Part shown: positions 1-8,475 of the stretch, piece after piece
Layout of the letters: each line of letters begins with the position of its first letter
Numbering within the stretch: position 1 is the stretch's first letter
Source: Candidatus Woesearchaeota archaeon
GTDB taxonomy: Archaea; Nanobdellota; Nanobdellia; Woesearchaeales; ARS49
Reading direction: 5' to 3'
DNA length: 64,000 bases
Assembly (NCBI GenBank): GCA_019322895.1
Contig: JAHWHZ010000001.1
Span: 266,220-330,219, forward strand
Position numbers and translations under genes: made by a program
Notes under the pieces: model-generated
Database searches by the model: none
Told to the model about the DNA's origin: nothing
The model's input: only the letters and a program-made list of their open reading frames with translations

Positions 1-172
1 GTATTAGTTGAACGAATATGATTTCTCACAGATAAATTTGTTGGCGCAAACTTATCAAAACCCCTCGTTCTGGAGAAAATTAAACTCAACCCACATATAA
101 ATATTTCGCAAGTCGAATGGATATGTGGCAAAATATAGATTAAAAAACACAAAACCAAAAGGGGGGATATAA

Positions 173-1240
173 ATGGACGTAATATTAGAAAAAGCAAAAC
201 AAGCAGACATGAACCTAGACGGCCTGAAAGTAGGGCAGGCAAACATAAAAGTGATTGGTGCCGGGGGCGGCGGTAATAATATGGTTACCTGGCTCTATAA
301 GAGAGGCATCAAAGGCGCAGAAATAATTGCTTGCAACACAGACAAGCAGCATTTGAATGTTTCTGAAGCAGATAAAAAATTCATAATCGGCAAAGAATGC
401 ACCCGCGGACTGGGCTGCGGTGGCTTTCCTCAAAAAGGAGCAGAAGCTGCCCAAGAGAGCATTGCTGAACTAAAGACAGTGCTTAAGGGTGCAGATATGA
501 CTTTTGTTTGCGCGGGATTAGGAGGTGGAACTGGCACTGGTGCTGCACCAGTAATTGCCCAGCTTGCAAAAGACATGGGCTCTATTGTAATAGGTACAGT
601 CACCATGCCGTTCAACATAGAACGCGCAAGGATTGAAAAAGCAGAATTCGGTCTTGAGCAATTAAGAAAATATTCTGACACTGTTATTGTTATTGACAAT
701 AACAGGCTGGTCACTATCGCAGGCAACCTGCCGATACAGCAGGCATTTGCAGTAGCAAATGAATTGATTGCAACGATGATCAAGGGAATTGTCGAGACAA
801 TCGCAATGCCAAGCTTGGTAAATCTGGATTATGCAGACGTCAAGACAATAATGACAAATGGCGGCGTTGCTGCCATAGGTGTAGGAAGCTCTGACACAAA
901 CAACAGAGTAGAAGAAGCAGTCAAGGGCGCTTTGGAAAACCCTCTGCTTGATATAGAGTATGCTGGCGCAACAGGCGCATTGATACATATCAGCGGCGGA
1001 CCTGACATGACTCTCGAGGAAATCAATAAAGTAGGAGAGCTTGTCACAGAAAGCCTTGACGATGATGCCAATGTAATCTGGGGAGCAAGAGTAGGCGAAG
1101 AGATGAAAGGAAAGCTGATGGTGATGACAATAATCACAGGCGTAAATTCACCTTGGATTATTGGAAAAGCCACTGAAACCAGCAAGGCTGCTGCAAAAGC
1201 AGAGCTTGAAGACGCATTAGGCATTGAAATCATAAACTGA
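173..1240 (+). CDS. ftsZ: Cell division GTPase FtsZ (tubulin/FtsZ family)
   Basis: 355-aa ORF with the tubulin/FtsZ glycine-rich signature GLGGGTGTGAAPVIA and overall FtsZ-like composition. A G-rich SD-like run (AGGGGGG) sits about 8 nt upstream of the ATG. Confidence 0.9.
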   Translation: MDVILEKAKQADMNLDGLKVGQANIKVIGAGGGGNNMVTWLYKRGIKGAEIIACNTDKQHLNVSEADKKFIIGKECTRGLGCGGFPQKGAEAAQESIAELKTVLKGADMTFVCAGLGGGTGTGAAPVIAQLAKDMGSIVIGTVTMPFNIERARIEKAEFGLEQLRKYSDTVIVIDNNRLVTIAGNLPIQQAFAVANELIATMIKGIVETIAMPSLVNLDYADVKTIMTNGGVAAIGVGSSDTNNRVEEAVKGALENPLLDIEYAGATGALIHISGGPDMTLEEINKVGELVTESLDDDANVIWGARVGEEMKGKLMVMTIITGVNSPWIIGKATETSKAAAKAELEDALGIEIIN

Positions 1241-1352
1241 TGTTCACCCCCTTTGGTCTTTGGTGAACAGGTCGCTTGACCTGAGTGTGTTTTTCTTTGC
1301 CTTCATTATACCACCCCCAATCAAGTTTAGTGAAGGCAAAAAACGCAATTTG

Positions 1353-1387
1353 CCCCCGCGAGCCACACGCGCGGGGGACATTTTTTT
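1353..1387 (+). terminator. GC-rich hairpin (CCCCCGCG / CGCGGGGG) followed by a T7 tract, downstream of ftsZ
   Basis: An 8-bp perfect GC stem stands out in a 35% GC genome and is followed by acattttttta. Two further small hairpins (GTTCACC..GGTGAAC, AGGTC..GACCT) lie just after the ftsZ stop. Confidence 0.45.
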
Positions 1388-1468
1388 ACAATTTATTCAA
1401 TTATTCAGATTAACAATTAAAAGAATACTTCTTAAAGGGTTTTAAAAGGAGGGGGTTTTTATAGAAAG

Positions 1469-2422
1469 TTATTTTATTTTTTTTATTCCTGATTCAATTA
1501 GTATTGGTTTTCCTTCTGGTGTGTAAACTATTTGTTCAAATGTAAAGAAACATTTTGTTTTTGGGCACATTTTCTGCATGGTAGCTATGCCAAGCCACGC
1601 CTTTCCAGTTTGTTCACCTAATGTGAGGTCATATGTTCTTTTATCAGTATGGATTATGAAACTTTGGTTAGGTTTTTTGTTTGCTAAAATTGTTGTTAAT
1701 TCTTGTGAAGATGTTATGGTTTCTCCATAATCTACTTTAATAATTACTTCCCCAGGAGTTATCCCTGCCATTTCTGCCGGCGAGTTTGGCTGAACTTGTA
1801 TTATTTGAACTCCACACGGCTCTTGCGGGCAGGATTGCACAAATAAAGCGCTTAATAATGCAACAAAAAGAACAAAGTATATCATTCGGGCTATTCCATT
1901 AAGAAATATTAGATAAAGTATTGCAATTAATACATCTCTTTTGTTTCTTTTAAAGCGTTTTTGGAATAAGTGTTTATAGATATTAACAGTTGAACATACA
2001 AGCAAATGTGTTGAATAAAAAGCAACAAATACTCCTATTAGTGCAGTTACTATATAAAACAGACCATACAAGAAATTAATATTTAATATGCTTAATATAT
2101 CTGAAAAATCTGTTTTTAGCTTAAAAACAGCCCACCATACAGTAGATATAGCAAACAAAATAAGGACTGCTATTAATCTATTTTTAGTAAATTTATGAAA
2201 TTCTTTAGAGGTATATCTATAAATCAAATAATAGATAAAAATAAGTAATATGTAGAATACAAATGCGCCGATATGCCACATATTAGGGATTACTGCTGTT
2301 TTTATCGGAAGTAATGATCCTGCGATATCCATGAAGCTAATTTTATGTTTAAGATATTTAAAGCTTTGGAAATTTAAAATATTCCCAATTCCTAAGAGAG
2401 ATAAAACTATCTCAGAACCCAA
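1469..2422 (-). CDS. Polytopic membrane protein with C-terminal PDZ domain
   Basis: 317-aa ORF with about 6 hydrophobic helices, then a PDZ-like segment (GITPGEVIIKVDYGETITSSQEL...). No HExxH motif. Track start is TTG at 2422; the first ATG is at 2332. Confidence 0.5.
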   Translation of the reverse strand: MGSEIVLSLLGIGNILNFQSFKYLKHKISFMDIAGSLLPIKTAVIPNMWHIGAFVFYILLIFIYYLIYRYTSKEFHKFTKNRLIAVLILFAISTVWWAVFKLKTDFSDILSILNINFLYGLFYIVTALIGVFVAFYSTHLLVCSTVNIYKHLFQKRFKRNKRDVLIAILYLIFLNGIARMIYFVLFVALLSALFVQSCPQEPCGVQIIQVQPNSPAEMAGITPGEVIIKVDYGETITSSQELTTILANKKPNQSFIIHTDKRTYDLTLGEQTGKAWLGIATMQKMCPKTKCFFTFEQIVYTPEGKPILIESGIKKIK

Positions 2423-2454
2423 CCTTTTTAAACCCGGATTCTATTTAACATAAT

Positions 2455-3216
2455 ATGACACTATACTTCATAGGACTTGGATTAAATGACGAGAAAGACA
2501 TCACAGTAAAAGGTCTTAATCTTGTCAAGAAAGCAGATGTTGTCTATCTAGATAACTACACTGCTGTCCTTAACTGTCCTGTCAGCTATCTTGAGAAGCA
2601 ATATGAAAAGAAAATCATTCTTGCAGACAGGGATATGGTTGAGAAGAATCCTGAGAAAACAATATTAAAAGATGCAAAAGACAAGAATGTTGCTTTTCTT
2701 GTTGTCGGCGATCCTTTTGGAGCAACAACACATATGGATTTGTTGATGCGTGCAAAAAAAGCAGGAATCAAGACTCAGATTGTCCATAATGCCTCAATAA
2801 TCTCTGCTGTCGGAGTCACAGGATTGCAGGTTTACAAGTTTGGCAAGACAACAAGCATCCCGTTTCCTGAAAAAGGCTTTGAGCCAGAAACTCCTTATGA
2901 TGCAATTAAAGAGAATCAAAAGATCTGCCTGCATACATTATTGCTTCTGGACTTAAGGCCTAAAGAAAACAAGTTCATGACAATCAATGATGCAATAAAC
3001 ACTCTCTTGAAGATTGAGCTCAAAAGAAACGAGAAAGTCTTTACAAGAGACACTTTCTGCATCGGTTGTGCAAAGATTGGCTCTCTTGACCAAAAAATTA
3101 AAGCAGGAAAAGCTTCTGAGTTAATGAAAGCTGATTTTGGCCCTGGCCTGCACTGCCTGATTGTTCCAGGAAAGCTGCATTTTGCTGAGGAAGACGTTGT
3201 TAATCGGTTCTATTAA
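2455..3216 (+). CDS. dphB: Diphthine synthase (DphB, EF-2 diphthamide biosynthesis methyltransferase)
   Basis: N-terminus MTLYFIGLGLNDEKDITVKGL... matches the archaeal/eukaryotic diphthine synthase family. A TATA-like cctttttaaac lies about 25 nt upstream, suggesting a leaderless transcript. Confidence 0.85.
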   Translation: MTLYFIGLGLNDEKDITVKGLNLVKKADVVYLDNYTAVLNCPVSYLEKQYEKKIILADRDMVEKNPEKTILKDAKDKNVAFLVVGDPFGATTHMDLLMRAKKAGIKTQIVHNASIISAVGVTGLQVYKFGKTTSIPFPEKGFEPETPYDAIKENQKICLHTLLLLDLRPKENKFMTINDAINTLLKIELKRNEKVFTRDTFCIGCAKIGSLDQKIKAGKASELMKADFGPGLHCLIVPGKLHFAEEDVVNRFY

Positions 3217-4072
3217 ACTTTAAGCGATATAATCTTTTTCGAAAAAGCATCGCCTCTTTCTTATCTTTAAACGAATAGGATAATTTATTATTTTTTAAAA
3301 ATCGCAGGAGTTTATTGCAAAGAAATTTTTTAGTAAAACCTTTATTTACCGCGCCTTTATCTGAAATTTTAACGTTGGTAATGGGGCCCATAGCAGCAAT
3401 TTTTTGAACATCTTTAATTTTAGAAATTTCAATGCCTTGAAATATGCTCCAATTACGTTTATCCTGTTTTATTCTTGCGGATAAACCTAAGGATAAACAT
3501 AATCTTCTCATATCTGAAACTACAGACGGGTTTGTTTCAGCAATGCGAAATTCTGCTTCAAATTGTACTTGGTAGTATTGATACGTTTTATTTTTCTTTT
3601 TGTCTTTTTTTGACTTTAACTTAAATGTATAACAAAGACTGCCGCCAAAATCAAATAAAATCCTTAAAGCAAGTTGTTTTATAATAACTGATTCATCTAA
3701 TAAAAAAGACAAGGTAGGTTGCGGATTCTTGAGGTATTCGGATTTAGTCTGCAGTCCGGGGGTGGTTTTATAAGTGGGAGATAATGTCAATAACTCTTCT
3801 AGAGCATTTGCTGAATGCAATGTAGAAACAATAATTTTTTTATTGTCGCGCAAATAAACATAAAGCTTAGGTGTTTTATTAAATAAAGCCACACACAAAT
3901 ATTTAAACAGTAAATGCTGTTGTTTATTTCCAACTGTTAACAAGCGGATATATCTCTTTTTTGTATCCATGTATCCTTCAGCCAGAACAATAACTGCAAG
4001 TAATTTTAATTTCTGTACACGGCTCAACTTACTAAACTGTTTTAACATCATATTAAACAGCATACTGCTCAC
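3200..4072 (-). CDS. Free-standing LAGLIDADG-family homing endonuclease-like protein
   Basis: Two LAGLIDADG-like motifs: LLAVIVLAEGYMD and LALRILFDFGGSL. It lies between dphB and a tRNA gene and overlaps the dphB 3' end by 17 nt. Track start is GTG at 4072; the first ATG is at 4063. Confidence 0.55.
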   Translation of the reverse strand: MSSMLFNMMLKQFSKLSRVQKLKLLAVIVLAEGYMDTKKRYIRLLTVGNKQQHLLFKYLCVALFNKTPKLYVYLRDNKKIIVSTLHSANALEELLTLSPTYKTTPGLQTKSEYLKNPQPTLSFLLDESVIIKQLALRILFDFGGSLCYTFKLKSKKDKKKNKTYQYYQVQFEAEFRIAETNPSVVSDMRRLCLSLGLSARIKQDKRNWSIFQGIEISKIKDVQKIAAMGPITNVKISDKGAVNKGFTKKFLCNKLLRFLKNNKLSYSFKDKKEAMLFRKRLYRLKFNRTD

Positions 4073-4161
4073 ACATATTTAAATTTTACGGCGGTTCGAA
4101 AATTTTCCGAAAAGCTTAAAAGATACGGCCAGATTAGCCAATATTACGAGAATCAAGCAAC

Positions 4162-4267
4162 AGCCCTGTAGTGTAGTGGCCAATCATCGCGCACTTTGGA
4201 TGCGTGGACGGCGGAAAAGACACAGATTTGCTCTGTTCTTTGCCGATTTCGAATCCGCCCAGGGCTA
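4162..4267 (+). tRNA. tRNA-Gln (anticodon UUG) with a ~33-nt non-canonical intron in the T-arm (about 4215-4247)
   Basis: Acceptor stem AGCCCTG/CAGGGCT. D-arm GTGTAGTGGCCAATCATC is typical of archaeal tRNA-Gln. Anticodon stem GCGCA/TGCGT with loop CTTTGGA. T-stem GGCGG..CCGCC with T-loop TTCGAAT, interrupted by a 33-nt insert between the 5' T-stem and T-loop. Confidence 0.7.
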
Positions 4268-4300
4268 TTGATTCTCTAATATAAAACTGATTAATAGTCT

Positions 4301-4317
4301 GAATCCGCCCGGGCTAT
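4301..4317 (+). repeat. Direct duplicate of the tRNA-Gln 3' end (gaatccgcccgggctat), 33 nt downstream of the intact tRNA
   Basis: 17 of 18 nt identical to tRNA positions 4251-4268. This att-like partial tRNA duplication abuts the selU stop codon. Confidence 0.6.
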
Positions 4318-5328
4318 TTATTTTTCCAATTGACCGGTTATTCTTTTCAATTCTTTAATGCACTCAATCATATCATCATTGCAGACAGTGTATGAACACT
4401 CTGCCTGTTTTATCTGGTGTTCATATTTAGAATCATAATAATCCTGCAGTAAAATCTTAGAGACTTCTTCATAATTTTTTTCATCCATTAATTTAAGCAG
4501 ATCTTCAACAACTTTCTTGGTGAGGTACTGTTTTAGATAGACTATTATCTCTCTTATCTTGTCTTCTTCTCCATGTGTAAAATAATCTTTGACAATCTGT
4601 TTTGCTCTGTTTTCAATTGAACAATTCACCCTGACTGCAAGTCCTTGTTTCATTGCCTTAAACACAGAGTTAGGAATAAACACCCGGCCCACTTTATGGC
4701 TTTCTCCCTCAATAAACACAAATTTCTCTCCTTCCAACTCTTTCAATTTAGCAAACAAGAGGCTCTCAAACAGCTTTTGTTCTCTTGGATTCAGGCCGAT
4801 TGCACCGAAATTTGAGCTTCTGTGCTGTGCAAGCCCCTCTAAATCAATAGAAGGCACTAATTTCTTGATCAATTCTGTCTTTCCGCTTCCTGCCGAGCCG
4901 TAAAGAACAATGAATGTAAAAGGCGGTTCATAACTCTCTAATTGTGCCCGGATGTAGCTCCGGTAAGCACGGTATCCTCCTTCAAGCAGCAGGGCATCAA
5001 ATCCCAAATCTGCAACAAGTTTTGTTATGGTTTGCGAGCGCATCCCTCCACGCCAGCAATAAATGATTATTTTTTTATTCTTAGCAATATTTTTGAATTG
5101 CTCAGTCATGCGGGGCAATTTTTTATTATAATATTCATATCCTAATTTAATCGCTTTGTCAGGATTATCTTTATACATAATCCCCACTATTTTTCTTTCT
5201 TCAGTATCCAGAATAGGAATATTGATAGAGCCGGGAATCCTGTCTTTCTCAAACTCAACAGGGCTTCGGGTATCAATGACCACCTTATCTTTCAGCTTCA
5301 ATGCTTCCTCTACTGATATCTTCTGCAT
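4318..5328 (-). CDS. selU: tRNA 2-selenouridine synthase-like protein (SelU/MnmH; rhodanese + P-loop domains)
   Basis: Rhodanese active-site region YCWRGGMRSQ followed by LEGGYRAYRS. P-loop YGSAGSGKTE and IDLEGLAQHRSSNFG are co-linear with E. coli YbbB/SelU motifs. Confidence 0.75.
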   Translation of the reverse strand: MQKISVEEALKLKDKVVIDTRSPVEFEKDRIPGSINIPILDTEERKIVGIMYKDNPDKAIKLGYEYYNKKLPRMTEQFKNIAKNKKIIIYCWRGGMRSQTITKLVADLGFDALLLEGGYRAYRSYIRAQLESYEPPFTFIVLYGSAGSGKTELIKKLVPSIDLEGLAQHRSSNFGAIGLNPREQKLFESLLFAKLKELEGEKFVFIEGESHKVGRVFIPNSVFKAMKQGLAVRVNCSIENRAKQIVKDYFTHGEEDKIREIIVYLKQYLTKKVVEDLLKLMDEKNYEEVSKILLQDYYDSKYEHQIKQAECSYTVCNDDMIECIKELKRITGQLEK

Positions 5329-5360
5329 AAACTATACTTAAAAGAATGAGAATAAAAAGC

Positions 5361-5828
5361 TTATTGCTTTTTGTTATAAATTCCTTCAACCTTCTCCAAC
5401 TGCTCATAGATATTCTCAATCAAGTCATACTTTTTTGCTTCTTCAAGTGTAACCCATGCATGCTCTGACAACTCATCTTCAGCCAGCTGAACAGATCCTC
5501 CGGCATGATCTGCATAAAGACTTACGATAATTGTTGAATGCCCGTTTGGCCTGATAAAGCAAAGGCTGGAAACATAGCCAATATTCTTGATATCAAGATT
5601 TGTCTCTTCTTTTATCTCTTTTCTGAGAACCTTCTCAAATATGTTTAGCCAATGGCTGCTTGTATCTTTTGGAGTGTTGATGAAATCAGAATGCTCTATC
5701 TTTCCTCCGGGAACACACCATTTACCTGGAAATGCTTTCTCATTCTCGCTTCTTTTGCATATCAGGAATTTGCCGTCCTTCCGTATTATTCCTGTTACAG
5801 AGACATAATGTATTTTTTCTTTTGTCAT
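5361..5828 (-). CDS. Nudix hydrolase
   Basis: Nudix box GGKIEHSDF...LRKEIKEETNL. The track ORF extends to 6029 but overlaps the divergent gene; the start was re-set to ATG (MTKEKIHYVS). Confidence 0.7.
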   Translation of the reverse strand: MTKEKIHYVSVTGIIRKDGKFLICKRSENEKAFPGKWCVPGGKIEHSDFINTPKDTSSHWLNIFEKVLRKEIKEETNLDIKNIGYVSSLCFIRPNGHSTIIVSLYADHAGGSVQLAEDELSEHAWVTLEEAKKYDLIENIYEQLEKVEGIYNKKQ

Positions 5829-5897
5829 TGCGCGCACCCCATTTTTTGCAGAAACATAGCGAATATTTAAATAATTCCTCGAATTAATTTGAGTAAG

Positions 5898-6611
5898 ATG
5901 AGATATTCCGGGGGTTTGGTTAAGAAAGAAAGAGAAGAAATCTTTAAGCTGTTTACAGAGCATGCTAGATTGAAGTTCAATGAGATTGAAAAAGCACTTA
6001 AGATACGCTCTAACATGGTCTCTTATCATCTTGAGAAGATGCAGGAAGAAGGGCTTCTTGAGAAAAAAGATGATTATTATTGTCTCACAAAAAAAGCAGA
6101 AAGATACCTTCCGATTATCAAGCAGGTTGTTGGAAAAGAATTAGGTCCTGTGCCAGTCATCTTGGCTGCTGTGATAAACAAGGACAAGATTCTTTTGATC
6201 AAGAGAAATAAAAGGCCTTATCAAAATTACTGGTCTACAATCGGCGGAAAGATGCAGATGGAAGAGAGCTTTGAAGATGCAAGCAAAAGAATTGTAAAAG
6301 AAAAAACCGGCCTTGATGTAAATTACGAAGGTATTTCAAGCGTTCTGCATGAAAGAGTTGAAGGCGAAGAAATCATAAAGCACAGTTTCATACATTTTTT
6401 CACTAAGATGACATCAAAACAAACAGATGTCAAGATGTCTGAACATGGCGAACTTAAATGGTTCAAGATAAAAGATATTGAAAAAGAGAATCTAATCCCT
6501 TCTGACCTTTGGCTGATTAAGAACAAGCTAAATTCAAGGATAGATGTAATTGATTCTGAGATGAAAGAAAATAAAGGGGAATTGAGTGATTTTAAGGTCT
6601 TAAAACAATAA
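5898..6611 (+). CDS. Winged-helix (ArsR-like HTH) - Nudix hydrolase fusion protein
   Basis: N-terminal wHTH (FNEIEKALKIRSNMVSYHLEKMQEEGLLEKK) and C-terminal Nudix box GGKMQMEESFEDASKRIVKEKTGL. First ATG is at 5898; the track start is TTG at 5889. Confidence 0.7.
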   Translation: MRYSGGLVKKEREEIFKLFTEHARLKFNEIEKALKIRSNMVSYHLEKMQEEGLLEKKDDYYCLTKKAERYLPIIKQVVGKELGPVPVILAAVINKDKILLIKRNKRPYQNYWSTIGGKMQMEESFEDASKRIVKEKTGLDVNYEGISSVLHERVEGEEIIKHSFIHFFTKMTSKQTDVKMSEHGELKWFKIKDIEKENLIPSDLWLIKNKLNSRIDVIDSEMKENKGELSDFKVLKQ

Positions 6612-6659
6612 CTTTATAAAGCAAAAACCACTTAATTTGCTTAAGCTGGGGGTGTAATA

Positions 6660-7397
6660 TTGAAATTAAGAATCATCTTATGTTTACTGCTTATTTTAGC
6701 TATTTTTAGCGCTTGCGCAAAGAATGAAATCACTGCTTCTGCCATATCAGATCTGCCTGTTGAAAAGCAGATTGAGATAGAAGCAAAAGTGGTTTCTGTG
6801 GATGCCTGCAAGGATGTAACTTGCGGCACAAACAAGCATTGCGAGGACGGCAGGTGCATATGCAATCCTGGCCACAAGACCTGCAATGGTGAGTGCATAC
6901 AGAGTTCTGCATGCTGCACAGAAAATGACTGCAAAGATGATGAAAGCTGCAGGGAACATGTTTGTATACCTGACAATTGCAAGGTTAATGAAGAATTCAA
7001 TGTGGAGAAAAACAAGTGCGTCTGCGACAAAAACTCACTATACTGCGCAGCGCAGAATAAGTGCATTCCTAAAGACAATTGCTGCATGCATCATGAATGC
7101 AGCAGCTCTGATTACAGGTGCACTGAAACAAACATGCTTGCAACACTTTGCATATCTGGCGAGAAAAAACAGTGCAAGTCTGTCTACACAGACCGGGGAG
7201 AGACTTTCTTTATCGGAAAAACACGATATGATGTTGACATCAATCATTTCCTGCAGAACGGCGGAGTTAATGTGAATATCAATGAGGTTAATTTCGTGCT
7301 AAAGGCAGATTTGCTTGAGAAGCTTGAAGAAAACACATTCATCTATATCGAAAGCATTGAGCCGCTGGGTGGTTACTGCAAGAAAGAGTGGGATTAA
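6660..7397 (+). CDS. Secreted cysteine-rich lipoprotein (EGF-like Cys modules)
   Basis: Signal peptide with a lipobox-like FSAC, then about 30 Cys in repeated C-x-C modules. TTG start preceded by SD GGGGGTG. Confidence 0.5.
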   Translation: MKLRIILCLLLILAIFSACAKNEITASAISDLPVEKQIEIEAKVVSVDACKDVTCGTNKHCEDGRCICNPGHKTCNGECIQSSACCTENDCKDDESCREHVCIPDNCKVNEEFNVEKNKCVCDKNSLYCAAQNKCIPKDNCCMHHECSSSDYRCTETNMLATLCISGEKKQCKSVYTDRGETFFIGKTRYDVDINHFLQNGGVNVNINEVNFVLKADLLEKLEENTFIYIESIEPLGGYCKKEWD

Positions 7398-7521
7398 ACA
7401 AAACCTTTTTAAAGTAAAGGCAGATATTTCAGCTTAGTTGAGAGATAAGCCGGTCGCAAGGCTTGCTTATGCTGGAGACAAAATAACTTTGTTCTCCAAG
7501 TAAATATTTGAGGTAGAAATT

Positions 7522-7977
7522 ATGGCAAGAATGCACTCAAGAAAAAAAGGAAAGTCAGGCAGCAAGAGGCCTGTCAAGAAAGCAAAACCTACTTGGATAA
7601 GGTATAAGCCTGCAGAGATTGAGTTATTGATAGCAAAGCTGGCTAAAGAAGGCAAGACCAGCTCTGAGATCGGAATAGTCATGAGAGACGTCTACGGCGT
7701 TCCTGACGTCAAGTTAATCGTGGGAAAGCCCATTACAAAGATTCTTGCAGAGAAAAAGATGACAAAAGAGCTTCCAGAGGATCTGGTTGCCTTGATGAAG
7801 CGCTCTATTTTCATCAGGAAGCATCTGGAGAACAACAAGCAGGACATGACTGCCAAGAGAGGCCTGCAGCTGACTGAAAGCAAAATCAACAGGCTGATAA
7901 AGTATTACAAGAAAGCAGGAAAGATCCCTGTTGACTGGAAATACGACCCTACAAAGCTGAAGATGTATACAGAATAA
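7522..7977 (+). CDS. rps15: 30S ribosomal protein S15 (uS15; archaeal S15P/S13e type)
   Basis: MARMHSRKKGKSGSKRP... is the archaeal S15P signature. 151 aa. SD GAGGT lies 8 nt upstream. Confidence 0.88.
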   Translation: MARMHSRKKGKSGSKRPVKKAKPTWIRYKPAEIELLIAKLAKEGKTSSEIGIVMRDVYGVPDVKLIVGKPITKILAEKKMTKELPEDLVALMKRSIFIRKHLENNKQDMTAKRGLQLTESKINRLIKYYKKAGKIPVDWKYDPTKLKMYTE

Positions 7978-8000
7978 TTTTAATTTTTATTTTAAATTTT

Positions 8001-8273
8001 TTATAGAATAATTCTTACATCATCTATTCTGTTTGCGATTTCTATGCCCTTCTTAGTCAATGTAAGCAGCTTCAGTCTTCCTTGCTTGTCAAAATTGATA
8101 AGGCCTTCTTTTTCCATCTGCTGCAATATCTTTACGACATGAGAATAAGTGCAGTCAATATTTTTTGCAAGGGATGATGCATAAACTTCTGCTTTTGCAT
8201 TCTTTAATTCAACCAGCATCATTGCAGGTTTTTCCCTGAAAAATACCTTGAAAATTTCTTTGTTTTTTTTCAC
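8001..8273 (-). CDS. Small winged-helix transcriptional regulator
   Basis: wHTH core (SSLAKNIDCTYSHVVKILQQMEKEGLI). Track start is GTG at 8273; ATGs at 8222 and 8219 would give a 72-73 aa product. Confidence 0.5.
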   Translation of the reverse strand: MKKNKEIFKVFFREKPAMMLVELKNAKAEVYASSLAKNIDCTYSHVVKILQQMEKEGLINFDKQGRLKLLTLTKKGIEIANRIDDVRIIL

Positions 8274-8475
8274 ACATCCACCCCATACGCGATTATATGT
8301 GCTATAATGGATATATTATAGGATATATTTAAACCTTTCGGTTAAGGATTTGTTAACCAAAAGTTAGACCTCTTTATTGTATGTCAATAATTGCGGTTTA
8401 TATTTAAACCTTTCGAAAATCAGGTTTTTAAGTCGGAAAATTTACAGAAATCAAAGCAAAAAACATTTAAAGCGG

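Noticed and set aside
215-1233. Four antisense ORFs (79-134 aa) inside ftsZ
   Set aside because: They lie entirely within a strongly supported CDS on the opposite strand, have no motifs and show Ser/Ala/Pro-rich shadow composition.
4081-4160. Palindrome ggttcgaaaattttccgaa upstream of tRNA-Gln, considered as a second tRNA fragment
   Set aside because: It does not fold into any tRNA arm set. It is more likely part of the tRNA promoter region.
5829-6029. N-terminal 67-aa extension of the Nudix ORF (track 5361..6029)
   Set aside because: It overlaps the divergent wHTH-Nudix gene and lacks Nudix-related sequence. The in-frame ATG at 5828 (MTKEK) gives a normal-length Nudix protein.
8377-8475. 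TTG-initiated 33-codon extension of the XPD helicase ORF
   Set aside because: The extension covers the duplicated promoter words (8325-8343 and 8399-8420). The first ATG at 8476 precedes the conserved helicase N-terminus.
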